Below, piece after piece: positions 1-12,693 of a stretch of 64,000 nucleotides of DNA. Both the position numbers and the translations under genes were made by a program. Source of the stretch: Octopus sinensis (taxonomy: Eukaryota); NCBI RefSeq assembly GCF_006345805.1, contig NC_043004.1, positions 70,866,001 through 70,930,000 on the forward strand, written 5' to 3'. Within the stretch, counting starts at the first letter, position 1, and every line of letters begins with the position of its first letter. The notes under the pieces were generated by a model. It was not told the origin of the DNA. It worked only from the letters and a program-made list of their open reading frames with translations, and searched no databases.

Positions 1-445
1 TGGTCAGCTGCCTTATACTATAGCCTCGGGCCAACCAAAGCCTTGTGAGTAGATTTGGTAGATGGAAACTGAAAGAAGCCTGTCTTGTGTGTGCGACTGT
101 ATTTTTCCCCCACCACTGCTTCACAACTGGTGTTGGTGTGTTGATGTGTCCTGTAACTTAGCAGTTCAGCAAGAGACCAATAAAAGAGATCAGGGTTGAT
201 TTGTTTAACTGAAATCGAAGACAGTGCCCCAGCATGGCTGCAGTCTAATAACTGAAACAAAGTAAAATGGAAAAAAAAAAAAGAAAAGATCTTAAATAAA
301 ACTAACAAAATTGTAAAATAAAAGATGAAACCATTGTATAGTATTTTATTGTAAAAATATCTAAAATAAAATGGATCAAACCATTAAAAAAAATATTTAA
401 AAATCTAAAATAAATTTAAACTTAAACAGCAACTGTGAAACCACA

Positions 446-481
<36 letters not shown>

Positions 482-1483
482 CACACACACACACATATGT
501 GTATGTATGTATACATACACATATGTAAGTATTCTTCTATTCTTTTACTTGTTTCAGTCATTTGACTGCAGCCATGCTGGAGCACTGCTTTTAGTTGAGC
601 AAATCAATTGCAGGACTTATTCTTTGTAAGCCTAGTACTTATTCTATCAGTCTCTTTTGCTGAGCCACTAAGTGACGGCAACGTAAACACGCCACCATCA
701 GTTGTCAAGTGATGTTGCAGGGATAAACAGACACACAAACATATACATACACACACACACACATATATATATACACATGATGGGCTTCTTTCAGTTTCTA
801 CCTACCAAATCCACTCACAAGGCTTTGGCCAGCCTGAGGCTATAGTAGAAGGCACTAGCCCAAGGTGCCATGCAGTGGGATTGAACCTGGAATCATGTGG
901 TTGGTAAGCAAGCTACTTACCACAGTCACGTCCCTTGCTGCTGATTGCCAACTGGTGTTGATTTGTTTATAATCCCTGTAACTTAGAAGTTTGGCAAAAA
1001 AGTCTGATAGAATAAACACCAGACCTTTAAAAAAAAAATTAAGTCCTGGGGTTGATTTGTTTGACTGAACCCCCTCCTTCCCCTCCTGCCCCCTCATCCT
1101 CCCATCCACATATTTGCTAGTGACTTTATACCATTCATGTGAGTGATCTTGTTTTGAATGCAATCTGGGATATCTGTGCATGCAAAAACAGAACTGTCCC
1201 CGATGTAGCAGCCCTATTCACTTGTGGTCCCTGCCTGAACTTTGTAGAACATCAGAAAATGGTTGACCATTTTTGTTGTCGGTTGATGGCATTGCAGAGA
1301 CAGTGACTTCTGCTGTACCTGGATCGTTTGGTTGTTTCCAGAAGCAAATGTCTAACTCCAAGTACACTCACCATCTCCACTCATGGATATGTCATGAAGG
1401 AAAGACAAGTTGGTACATTTGCAGCCTCCATGGAGCCACAGTGTATGTCAGATATTGCTTAAGTGTAACCATGTATATCTGCC

Positions 1484-1712
1484 TTAACTCTTTTGTTACT
1501 GTATTTATTTTGAGATGCTCTGTGTTTCTTTCAATTAATTTTAAATATAGTAAAGAATTTAGTAAAATAACTTCGTTATCATTAAGCTATGTTAGGAACA
1601 TAAATTGTAACTAAGGTTTGGTGGAAGATTTTAATTCAAAACTTATGAAAACAAGACATTTGTACTACAGAGCCAGAGCCAGTTTCAGCCGGGTTGGTAA
1701 CAAAAGGGTTAA
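1484..1712. mobile_element. TTAA-flanked piggyBac-type MITE, family 1
   Basis: TTAA+C(C/T)CTTT(T/C)GTTAC ... GTAACAAAAGGG+TTAA. About 225 bp, five copies in the window. Confidence 0.8.
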
Positions 1713-2484
1713 GGTCCCTCCCTCTAGATTTTCTGTAGGAGTTTACTCCCTTTGCTTTTTTTTTTAAATGCTCAGTAATTTACCTCACAAGGCTGCAGGG
1801 GTTCATCATTGTAGTGGGTCTGGTTTGTGCAGTCAGTCAGTCAGTCACACTCATTCTTCAGCCTGCTTGACGCCTTCCCTATGTCTATGATGCATGTTCC
1901 CTGCTTCATCAAAATATCATGTTAATTTATTTTCCAAACACAATCTCAATAATGTCAAAGCTATTTTAATTAAATTCTTCATTATTTTCAGAATTAATTA
2001 AAACAAAGTAGTTTATTTTGAGATGAATATAGTAACAAAGAGTCATGTTTTATAGTCTCTACAACCATTACAATTGTCATCATCGTTAGCATCCTCAACG
2101 TTGTTTTACTCCTAGTTTTCCATGAAAGCATGAGTTGGATTAGATTGTTCAAGGCTGTATTTTATACCCAGATGTCCTTCCTGATGCCAACCCTTTTCAC
2201 TTAAGCACTCATTATTATGTAGAATATCGTATTTTTGGGCTTAAAATTTGGAAAAACGGTTTTGTTAGGGATTATCCATGTATAAGAGACTCCCGTATTT
2301 TTCTAACCTAATATCGACAGAAAGGGGTTCCTTATACACATTAAAATACGGTGCTTTCAATTCAGTAGAAAGCACAAAACTAAAGCATTGCATATACCCA
2401 AGATGCACAGATGGATGAAATACTGCTAAGCATTTTTCCTGGTGATCTAAGAATTCTGCCAGCATACCGCCTTCCCATAATAAT

Positions 2485-2858
2485 AACAAGAGCACTCAGA
2501 GAGTGCAAACTTCTGCCAAGGTAACACTAAAGTCCTCTCAACAATTAGCCGGAGATGATTTTTAAAATGAGAATATCTGAAATAAATTTGATTGCTCTCT
2601 CAAATGAGAATACTTAAAATGAACCTGATCACTCTCAAGAATTAAGTAAAAAAACAGGAAAAGTAATCCAGAATCCTTGTCTGGTACAGGATCGATCCCA
2701 AAATTTAATCAGCTCATGCCAGTCATGAAGCCAAACATTCTTGAAAGTTTCATCTGAATCTATGCTGCAGTTCTTGAGATACTCGTATGTTGTCCACAGA
2801 CAAACAAGGAAAACACGACTGAAAGCAGTACCTCCACCTTTGCTAAGGCGGAGGTAAT
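2485..2858. mobile_element. Helentron-associated (HINE/DINE-like) element
   Basis: ACAGACAAAC motif followed by a terminal hairpin TACCTCCACCTT-TGCT-AAGGCGGAGGTA (2829-2856). Confidence 0.55.
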
Positions 2859-2859
2859 G

Positions 2860-4180
2860 ATCCTTTCTACTATAGGCACAAGGCCTGAAATTTTGTGGGG
2901 ACGGGACTAGTCAATTACATTGACTCCAGTGCGCAACTGGTACTTAATTTATCGACCCCGAAAGGATGAAAGGCAAAGTCAACCTCGGTAGAATTTGAAC
3001 TCAGGACATAAGGATGGATGAAATGCCACTCAGCCTTTTGCTCAGCATGCTAACAATTCTACCAGCTCACCACCTTCAAATAATAATAATAATAATAATA
3101 ATAATTCTTTCTAATGGTAGCACAAGGCCTCAAATTTGGGGGAAGGGATTAAGTTGATTACATCGACCCCAGTGTGTAAGTAACTGGTGCTTATTTAACT
3201 GACCCTGAAAGGATGAAAGGCAAGGTTGACCTTGGCGTAATTTGAACTCAGAATGCAGCGGCACACGAAATACCGCTAAACATTTCACCCAGTGTGCTAG
3301 CAATTCTGCCAGCTCACCGCCTTAATAATAATAATAATAATAATAATAGTAATAATAATAATGATAATAATCATCATCATCATATTTTAACGTCCGCTTT
3401 CCATGCTAGCATGGGTTGGACGAATGACTGAGAGCTGGCGAACCAGATGGCGGCACCAGGCTTCAATCTTGATCTGGTAGAGTTTCTACAGCTGGATGCC
3501 CTTCCTAACATCAACCACTCCGAGAGTATAGTGGGTGCTTTTACGTGCCACCGGCATGGGGCCAGTCAGGCGGTACTGGCAACAACCTCGCTCGAATCTT
3601 TTACACATGCCACCGGCACAGGTGCCAGAAAGGCAATGCTGGTAACGATCACGCTCAAATGGTGTCTTTTACGTGAATAATAATAATAACAACAACAACA
3701 ACATTAATAATAATAAATAACAATCCTTTCTAATATAGGTACAAGACCTGAAATTTTGTCGGAGGGGCATAGTTGATTATGTCAACCCCATTGCTCAACT
3801 AGTATTTATTTTATCGGCCCTGACAGGGTGGAAGGCAAAGTTGGAATTTGTGGAATTTGAACTTGGAATGCAAAGAGCCAGAAGAAATGCTACTTCGTAT
3901 TTTGCCTGGTTTGCTAATGATTCTACCAACTCACTGCCTCAAAATAACAACAACAACAATAATGGTTTCAAATCTTGCCACAAGGGCAGCAATTTTGGGG
4001 GAGGGGATGGGTTGATTACATCAATCCCGGTGTTCAACTGGTGACTTGTGACATCGATGCCCTGAAGGGAGGAAAGGCACAGTTGACCTCGGCGGAATTT
4101 GAACTTGGAACGTAACGACGGGTGAAATACCATTTAGCATTTCATCCATTGTGCTAACAATTCTGCTAGCAAGCTGCCCT
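2860..4180 (-). mobile_element. Cluster of tRNA-derived SINE family B copies separated by (AAT)n
   Basis: Repeated GGCGGCGAGCTGGCAGAA..GAGTTCAAATTCCGCCGAGGTCGACTTTGCCTTTCATCCTTTCGGGGTCGATAAATTAAGTACCAG on the minus strand. Other copies at about 8585-8810, 23070-23480, 29710-29943, 37868-38077, 39280-39945 and 48900-49220. Confidence 0.85.
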
Positions 4181-5699
4181 AACAACAACAACAACAACAA
4201 TAATAATGGTAATACTACTAACAGCAACAAAAACAATGATAGTGATTTGGTGATGGGGAACCTTTTAAAAATAGCCTGAGGTATGGATTAATTTAGAATG
4301 GAGAAGAATATACTGAGCTGAGGTTGATATAATTGTCAATATTACTTTAAAATAAGCAAAATAAATAAATAAATAGATAAACCACAGTAATTGGCTTTGT
4401 ATGTTGTGAAACAGCATCAATATTCTGCAGAGTTCTATAAAATTCTTTAAAGTCAGACTGAAAGATTGCACTGTGGAGATGCAGTAAAGAAATTATGTTT
4501 TAGCAATTTTTATTGGTGCTGTTTTACATATATATTTTCTCCATGATTGGGGAGGCACTGGTATTTTTTGGAACCAATTACTATTTTTGTTGGCTCTTTT
4601 TTGTTTGTTTGTTGTTTGTAGTGTAGGTTGTTCTTTCTATTTCGAACTATTCAGATGTAAAGTAGCAGTGCTGCCTGTTGTCTGTTCGTCATTTAGGCAG
4701 CAACCAGGTATAAAACAGTAGCAACCGGTCTACTTCTGATTATATCTCTACCGTCTCTTTTCTGATCGGATGCTCTTCCTGATGCCAACACTTTTAGTAA
4801 CCTTGTACAATGCATAATTAATTCAGGCGTGACTTATAGGCACAACCATGGCTGTGTAGTTAAGAAGGTTGCATCCCAACCATGTGGTGCTAGTTTCAAT
4901 CCTGCTGTGTGACACCTTAGGTGAGTGTCTTCAACTATGACCTTGAACTGACCAAAATCTTATGAGTATATTTCGTAGATGGAAACTGGAAGAAGCCTGT
5001 TGTGTGTGTGTATATATTAGGGACCTTAGCTGGAAACAGGTGAGGTTGGTGACAGGAAGGGCATTCAGCCCTAGTTAATCTGCCTCAATAAAACCCTATC
5101 TGACCCATGCAAGCATAGAAAAATAGACATTGACCCTTTAGCATTTAGATTTCTCTGTCAAATATAATGTTTATTTATTCATATTTACAAGAATTAGTCA
5201 TGCATTATCTCATAGCTTCAACATAGATTGTAGTGTATTTCTAAAGCCTTCAGATGTTTTTCCAGATTGGGTGGTATTGAACCCAATGCTCCGATGGCAA
5301 CAGGGATAACCTTCATGTTTGACTCTCGTACCTGCCACATCTTAGCGATCTCAATTATTATCATCATTATCATCATTATTATTTAATGTCTGTTTTCCAT
5401 GCTGGCATGGGTTAGCTGGGGTTTGACAGGAACTGGTAAGGCAGAAGACTGCGGAAAGTTCTGATGTTTGCTTTGACATGGCTTCTACTGCTGGATACCA
5501 TTCCTGATGCCAACCACTTCACAGAATGGTGCTTTTTTTATTATGTGGCTCCAGCAGTAGTGGGGTCACTGAGTAACTTGAAGGACAGGACCGCACAACT
5601 GGGGTGGGGGAGAGAACATTACATGGGCAAGTTTCTAAAACAGTAGAGATTTGAAGGAATAGGAAAGCAATTAATGGAAACATGCAAGCACTAATAGCA

Positions 5700-6181
5700 A
5701 CAGTGGTTGTGGTTGTGGTTGTGGTTGTGGCAGTGGTGACAGTGATGGTGTTGGTGGCAGCGGTCAGTGTTGGTAACAGTGGCAGTAGTGATGGTGGCAG
5801 TGGTGTTGATGTTGTGGTAACAATGTTATTGGTCACTTTTGGCATTGTTGGTAGTAGTGGCAGCAGTGGCGAGGTTGGTGATATTAGTGGTGGTGGTGGT
5901 AGTGGCAGTGACAGCTGTGATGGTAGTGATGGTAGCATCAGTGTTGGTGTTGTAGTGGTGGTAGTGATGGTGGCAGCAGCGTTGGTGTTGCGGTGGTGGT
6001 AGTGGTGGTATTGGTTATTTTTGGTAGTGTCGGTGATTGTGGCAGTATTACCAGTGTTGGTGCTGGGGGTGGTATTGGTGATGTTGGCAACAATGATAGT
6101 GGCAATGGTAGGTATAGCAGCGGTGCTGGTTGTGGCAATATTGATCATGATGATAATGATGATGATGATGATGATGATGAT
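5700..6181. repeat. Degenerate (GGT/GAT)n trinucleotide tract
   Basis: Low-complexity GTG/GAT repeats that generate spurious ORFs. Confidence 0.9.
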
Positions 6182-6622
6182 CTCTGCACAATAAATAAAA
6201 TGATAATCTAATTAAAACTGTTCCAAATGTAAGCACAAACCGGTAGCTTGGAACACATGAAGAACCTCTGTTATTGTTTACTCAGCTTATGTATTGTTGC
6301 TCTACGAGTGATCAGAGAAGCCATTTAGTGAGGAAACAAAGTGTTAAATAGCCATAAAGAATACGTGACTGGTCATGTGACTGAGATCATTTGACCTGTT
6401 CATGGTTAATTATAATCACTAAATAGATGTTCTGTTTGTTTGTTTTCGTTTTGCTTTGTTTCATTGAAATCTCATGTGAGACAAGGATTTCATCTTTTTG
6501 TCATGATGCTCCGTTTTTTTTTGTTTTTGTTTTGTGGTGTCTGTGTACTTTAATTTTGAACAATGGATGAGCATTGCAACTCTGACTCCTGCCGTATTTT
6601 TCCATCATATAAGTCAATGTAA

Positions 6623-7248
6623 TCAGTGGCATATGGTGGTTGTTGTATTGGGTATGTTGCCACACCCAGTATCACCATATTTCAAGCAGGGGTATAACGA
6701 AAGTATTCCATTAAGATTTGTGATTAGACAAATGAGTAAGGCTAATATTTATAATGAATTTGACATTTTCGATGGGTGTGCAGTGCACACCTAGCACACC
6801 TGGAATATATGTCCCTGATACATATGTATGTATATATCATCATTATCATTGTTTAGTGTCCGTTTTCCATGCTGGTATGGGTTGCAAGGTTTGACTGAGG
6901 ACTGCAGCAGACACCAATCTGGCAAGGTTTCTACAGCCGGATGCCCTTCCTAATGCCAACCACTCTGAGAATGTAGTGGGTGCTTTTTACGTGCCACCAG
7001 CATGGGAGCCAGTCAGGTGGCACTGGCATCGACCATGTTTGGATGGTATTATGTATGTATATATATCAGTGGTGTATGGTGGTTGTTGTATATTGGGTGT
7101 GCTGCGACACCCAGTGCCAGGGATATAACAAAAGTTTTTTATTAAGATTTGTGATTAAATTAATGAGTAAGGTTAATATTTATAATGAATTTGACATTTT
7201 CGATGGGTGTATAGCGCACACCTAGCACATCCGAAATACACACCCCTG
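6623..7248. repeat. Two direct copies of a ~190-bp element (6623-6817, 7067-7248)
   Basis: Both begin CAGTGG and end CCCTG, and share TTAAGATTTGTGATTA..GAATTTGACATTTTCGATGGGTGT. Possibly a hAT-type MITE. Confidence 0.7.
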
Positions 7249-8038
7249 AACATGATGTATAATGTAAATATGTAGTGTTATCATTCAAACATCACCACTA
7301 TCTTTCCAAATCCAGCTGTGTTTCATGTGAGTTTTTCGGTCCTCAAAGTAATCTTGATGTATAAGTCAACCATATGTGGCCATTCCATCTTGTTTCACAT
7401 CATGTTATGTCCAAGACTACTTTATCCAGTCTATGATTGGGTGGAACTTTAACTCCTTGGCATATCAATGAGCCATATCTGGCCCAAAATTTCTGCCTGT
7501 TTTATGTTGAAACTGGCCAGATCTGACGTCTCACACCTAACCAGCAATGTCATTCTAAAAATCAACAGTCACAATGTCGAAGTCTTGAAGCTGTGAGATA
7601 ATGCTTGATCAATTCAAAACAATACCAATGAATAAGGATTTCATTTCACAGAGTAGTCTGAACGCTAAAAGTTTAAAGAGATTTGGCTGCTGTTTCTTTC
7701 AGGTCAAGCAACTGCATAGGGATGAGGTGTTAGAATTTGTTCCTTTAGGTAGACTGGCATTCAGAATGATCTGCCTTGTCTAACGCAAATTCACCATCAT
7801 CATTACCATCACCATCACCATAATTTTAACGTCCTCTTTTCCATGCTAGCATGGGTCAGATGAAGTTTATTGAGGCAGATTTTCTATGACTGGATGCTCT
7901 TTATGTCACTAATCCTCATCTGTTTGCAAGCAAGGTAATATTTTCCCATGGCCAGACATGTTTTTGTGGAATATTGGAAATGAATAACACTGCTTGTCTG
8001 ACAGTGAAACTCATTTATAACTATCACACAATCTTAAA

Positions 8039-8054
8039 ACACACACACACACAT

Positions 8055-8146
<92 letters not shown>
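8039..8146. repeat. (CA)n microsatellite
   Basis: About 50 CA units. Large (TA)n or mixed tracts also at 30848-31055, 32786-32905 and 60400-60940. Confidence 0.95.
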
Positions 8147-8148
<2 letters not shown>

Positions 8149-9099
8149 TCTCTCTCTCTCTCTCACTCACTCACACACAGGCACACACACTTTCTCTCTC
8201 TCATACACACCCATACACACAGATGACAGACTTCTTGAAGTTTCCATGTGCAAGGCATTGGTTGGCCCGAGGCTATAGAAGAAGACACTTGCCTAAGGTG
8301 CCACACAGTGGGACTGAACCCAGAACCATGTGGTTGGAAAGTAAGCATCTTACCACACAGTCATGCCTGCACCTATGCCACACCTGACAAATCCTCTTTT
8401 GATCTAAATGGAGGATCATCTAAACTATCTTTTTGCTAAGATTAATTGTAAGTGGCTGAGTACCCCACAGACATGTGTACTATTAATGTAATTCTCAAGC
8501 TGAATGTGCATGACACTATATGTGACAAGGCTGGCCTTTTGAATTTCGAGTACCACCCATCTGATGTGCTTCCACGTGGTTTCTTATTTCTTTATTGCCC
8601 ACAAGGGACTAAACATAGAGGGGACAAACGAGGACAAACAAAGGGATTAAGTTGATTACATCGACCCCAGTGCATAACTGGTACTTAATTTATCAACCCC
8701 GAAAGGATGAAAGACAAAGTTGACCTCGGCGGAATTTGAGCTTAGAACGTAACAGCAGGCGAAATACTGCTAAGCATTTCGCCTGGTGTGCTAACGTTTT
8801 TGCCAGCTTCTGCATAGTTTCTGTCTGTCTATTTTCCACTCTCATGGCTTTGAGTTGGCCTGAGGCTTTTATGGTCAAAGAGACTTGCTCAAGATGATAT
8901 TAAAAAATTAAAATTGTTATGCTCAAATATATACAATGTATACATTTGGGCATTTAATATAAAAATTCTAGTTTTCAGACCTATGTTCCAAATTTTTGGC
9001 CAAGTAATATACAGTTCTATATTTAAAAGATGAGGAATTATGTACATTATTTACATTATTTACATTTGACAGATATTTGTCCTCATCTTATTTGTTGTT

Positions 9100-9145
9100 A
9101 ACACAACGTTTCAGCTGATATATTCTCTAGCCTTCATCAGGTGTC
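9100..9145 (-). ncRNA. Type I minimal hammerhead motif (opposite arm)
   Basis: Reverse complement reads GACAC CTGATGA A GGCTAG AGAATATA TCAGCT GAAACGTT GTGTT. The core is intact and stem II is weakened by one mismatch. Confidence 0.65.
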
Positions 9146-9545
9146 TTGGGGGAAATTTCAAACCTGGGTTCTCATTCCTAAGGTATTTTTCGATGTTGTT
9201 GTTATTATTATTATTATTATTATTCAGTTCACTGCCTGGAATTGAACTTGGTATCTAGGGGTTAGTTGCCCACGCTCTTAAACACTATGCCATATGCCCG
9301 TGGGCTCTTAATCACTATGCCATATACCCGTGGGCTCTTAACCACTAAGCCATATGCCCACGGGAATATGTTGAGGTGGTTAAGAGCATGGGCTACTAAC
9401 CCCAAGATTCCGAGTTCGATTCCAGGCAGTGATCTGAATAATAATGATGACGATGTTGACGGCGATGGCAGCGACAATGACGTCCTCGTTGTTGTCGTCG
9501 AAAAAATATCTTAGGAATGAGAACCCAGGTTTGAAATTTCCCCAA

Positions 9546-9591
9546 GACACCTGATGAAGGCTGGAGGGTATATCAGCTGAAACGTTGTGTT
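9546..9591 (+). ncRNA. Type I minimal hammerhead ribozyme motif
   Basis: GACAC (stem I) - CTGATGA (9551-9557) - A - GGCTGG/TCAGCT (stem II) - GAAA (9579-9582) - CG - T - T (H17) - GTGTT (pairs with GACAC). Stem III is the palindrome ACGT. Confidence 0.75.
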
Positions 9592-11602
9592 AGCAACAAA
9601 CAAGATGAGGACAAATATCTGTTGAATGTAAATAATGTAAGTAATAATATACTGCAAATTAGATATAACTTTGGGCATTTCATATAAAAAATTCTAATTT
9701 TCAGACCCATGTTCCAAATTTGTAGTCACGACTCTGTATGTAGAGAGAAACAGTTCTTGGTGTGGCCTGACTGAACCCACCTAGTTTCCTTTTGTTGTGG
9801 CTTGACCTACTAGAGATACCAATGGGAAAGACCATGAGCCTAAAGGAGAGAAATGTATGATTACTTGACCTTCTAGAAATAGTAAATCACTTTCCCTCTA
9901 ATTGCATTCTGTGCATCTTTGTTGAAGAAAGAGGATCATGAATCAACAGAGGAACCTCTTAGAAATAGCAATCAAATCTCTTTCAAACTGTACCCTACTG
10001 CTTTGTAAAGGGTGCGGTTTGAGGGAAATATGGTAGTTCCAGTTCCCTACACAAAGAAAAATGATGACATGACCATTGTCGGAATGTCTTTGATCATAAG
10101 TCTGCTTGATCAGGGTTGGTTTGGTGCTAAATAATGGCCACGACTATGATAAAATAAGGAAGAGCCTCAAAGGATAATTTAGTCCTAGATGTACTTGTTG
10201 ATTAAAAAAAAAAATGTGAGATGGTCATGACTGGAATGCCTCTGATCATAGATATGTTTGATCTATGCTGGCCTAGAAATGAACTACAATAATGTCTCCT
10301 GGTTTAACACTACCTTGTGCTGGTGCCACCTAAAAAGCACTCAGTGCACTCTGTAAAGTGACTGGTGTTAGGAAGGGCATCCAGCCATAGAAACCACACT
10401 CAAACAGACAATTGGAGCCTGGTGCAGCCTTCCAGTTTGCCAGCTCCGGTCAAACTGTCCAACCCATGCCAGCATGGAAAACAGATGTTAAATAATAATG
10501 ATGATGATGATGATGATAATGACTTAGTACCTTGGATGTCTTTAGTGAAATCCACTCTGTTTTGCAAGCACTGAGGCCATGTCTCCAATTTCAGAAAGGG
10601 TCAAGGGTACTACTTTCTCTTCTGACTTAGAAAAAAAAGGGAAAATAACAACAAACAACACAGCAACAACAATATATAGGTTCAAGTATGGCTGTGTGGT
10701 CAAGGAGCTTATTTTGCAGCCATATTGTTTCAGGTTCAGTTCCATTGCTCAGCACCTTGGGCAAGTGTCTCATAGGCCAACAAGTGTCATGTGAGTGGAT
10801 TTGGTAGATGGAAACTATGTGGAAGCTTGCCATGTATATGTGTGTGTGTGTGTGTCCATCCAGCTCCTCTTGACAACTGGTGTTGGTCTGTTTTTGTTTC
10901 TGTAACTTAGTGGTTCAGCAAAAGAGATCAATAGAATAAGTTTCAGACTTAAAATTAAGACCTTTGGTTGATTTCTTTGACTAAACCTGTCAAGGCATTG
11001 CTCCAGCATGATCACAGTCTAATGACTGAAAGAAGTAATTATAAAAAAAATTGTATAGAGAAGGAGACAGGAGGCTGTAGAGAGTACCACATGCTCACCA
11101 AACTGCACGACTGCATTTCATTGCATTTAGCTGATGCATATCAATGTGCAGTATAATCCCCTATTAGGTAGACATATGGGTATCTTAAACAATGGGCATT
11201 TAGACTGCATTTAGTCAGTCACCTGCTTATCTTCATACTGTGGGTCTAACTTTGATTAGCACTAACGAGAAGGGTGGGGAGAGTGTCTACACAACAGCAG
11301 CAGCAACAACAACAACAACAACAACAATAAAACATTAAAAAATAAGAGTACCTCTATGTAGTATCTTGATCTCCTAATGGTAGCAGCTAAAGCACCTCTT
11401 CAACAAACACTTGAAGTATTAAATCTTAAAACTGTCAGAGTTATAAACACAGGTCATCACCACTCAGAAATAAGGATGAGCCCTTTTGATATCATCTCAC
11501 CATAAAACTCTCCTGATTCTACACTACAAATTCCCTATTTTGAAATGCTCTTAATTAAAACTTATCATCAAAATATTATGTAACCTTGTTCCAAACACCA
11601 GC

Positions 11603-11830
11603 TTAACCCTTTCATTACTGTATTTATTTTGAGATGTTCTGTGTTTCTTTCAGTTACTTCAAATATAACAAAGAATTTAGTAAAATAACTTCATTATCAT
11701 TCAGCTAGTGTTAGGAACATAAATTGTGACTAAGGTTTGGTGGAAGATTTTAATTAAAAACTTATGAAAACAAGACATTTGTTCTCAGAACTAGAGCCGG
11801 TTTCAGCTGGGTTGGTAACGAAAGGGTTAA
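11603..11830. mobile_element. TTAA MITE family 1
   Basis: TTAACCCTTTCATTAC ... GTAACGAAAGGGTTAA. Confidence 0.85.
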
Positions 11831-12693
11831 TAACGACAGAATTATCTTAATAAGTTTCTTTATTGTTTTCAAAATTAACCCTTTCATTACCATATTTCAT
11901 CTGACATATGCTGCCTTTGTTTTAATTACTTGAGAAAATAACGAGTTGTTATTAAAGTGATATTTGGATCATAAATCAATATGAAGTTTGTATCATTGAA
12001 CCAGGGGTGGTCTCAGGTGGGTTGGACCCAAAAAGGGTTTATTGAAACAGAAATATGGTAACAAAATGATTTAATAAATGCTAATGATTGACTTTTGTGT
12101 GTATATATGTGTATGTGAAGAGTGTTCAGCTCACAATTGTGAGATTGGAGGTTTTATTTCCTCACTGAATGATTCATTGTGTCCTTGAGCAAGGCACTTC
12201 ATTCTACATTGTGTATGTAACTGAAAATGGGTACTGCTTCAGTGTTGGCACAGTCCTCTCTCCTATCAGTGGTCACACCATGCATATTTCATTGTATCAA
12301 GGGTGAGAGGGACTAAAAAAAAGGATGTCTGTGTTTGCTCCAAATGGCAACAACACAGGACAAATGAATGCCATTTTAGAGACTTGCTGAAAGTTAGTGA
12401 GAAGATCAAGCAAAGATGGCTGCAACCATCTGGTCTCACTGGAGGCAACACCCTGAACTGGAAGCATCCAAATTACTCTTGTGAAACCCATTTCATGGTG
12501 ATGAAAACAGAGGAAAACATTGTTAGATTTATTTCTACTTACAGCCTGTGGCTGTAGTAGATGATACTTCTCCATGGTGCTACACTGTGGGACTCACCCC
12601 AAAATCATGTGGTTGTAAAGTGATTTTCTTAATCACAGCCATATTTTAAAAAGAACAAACAAACAAAAAAACAAACAAAAGACAAAAAAAGAT

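Larger units (their letters stand above)
9010..9640. mobile_element. Palindromic tRNA-head + hammerhead element, copy 1 (Penelope-like or SINE-like fold-back dimer)
   Basis: Arms at about 9051-9300 and 9362-9640 are reverse complements. Each reads outward as tRNA-like head (GTGGTTAAGAGC..GGGCTACTAACCC..GAGTTCGATTCC), trinucleotide spacer, hammerhead motif and TGTAAATAA repeats. An extra ~30 nt tail is present on one arm only (9010-9040). Confidence 0.8.

Noticed and set aside
5519-6148. 209-aa Thr/Pro-rich ORF and similar ORFs at 62762-63992
   Set aside because: These are translations of degenerate trinucleotide repeats with no domain or splice evidence.
9362-9435. tRNA gene (also 61506-61580 and 62369-62440)
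   Set aside because: A/B boxes are present but the acceptor stem is not closed and the sequence continues into repeat bodies. These are SINE-type heads.
8946-9722. ~50-bp direct repeat flanking the first hammerhead palindrome, considered as a long TSD
   Set aside because: The repeats are offset from the element ends and diverged. More likely a pre-existing tandem duplication into which the element inserted.
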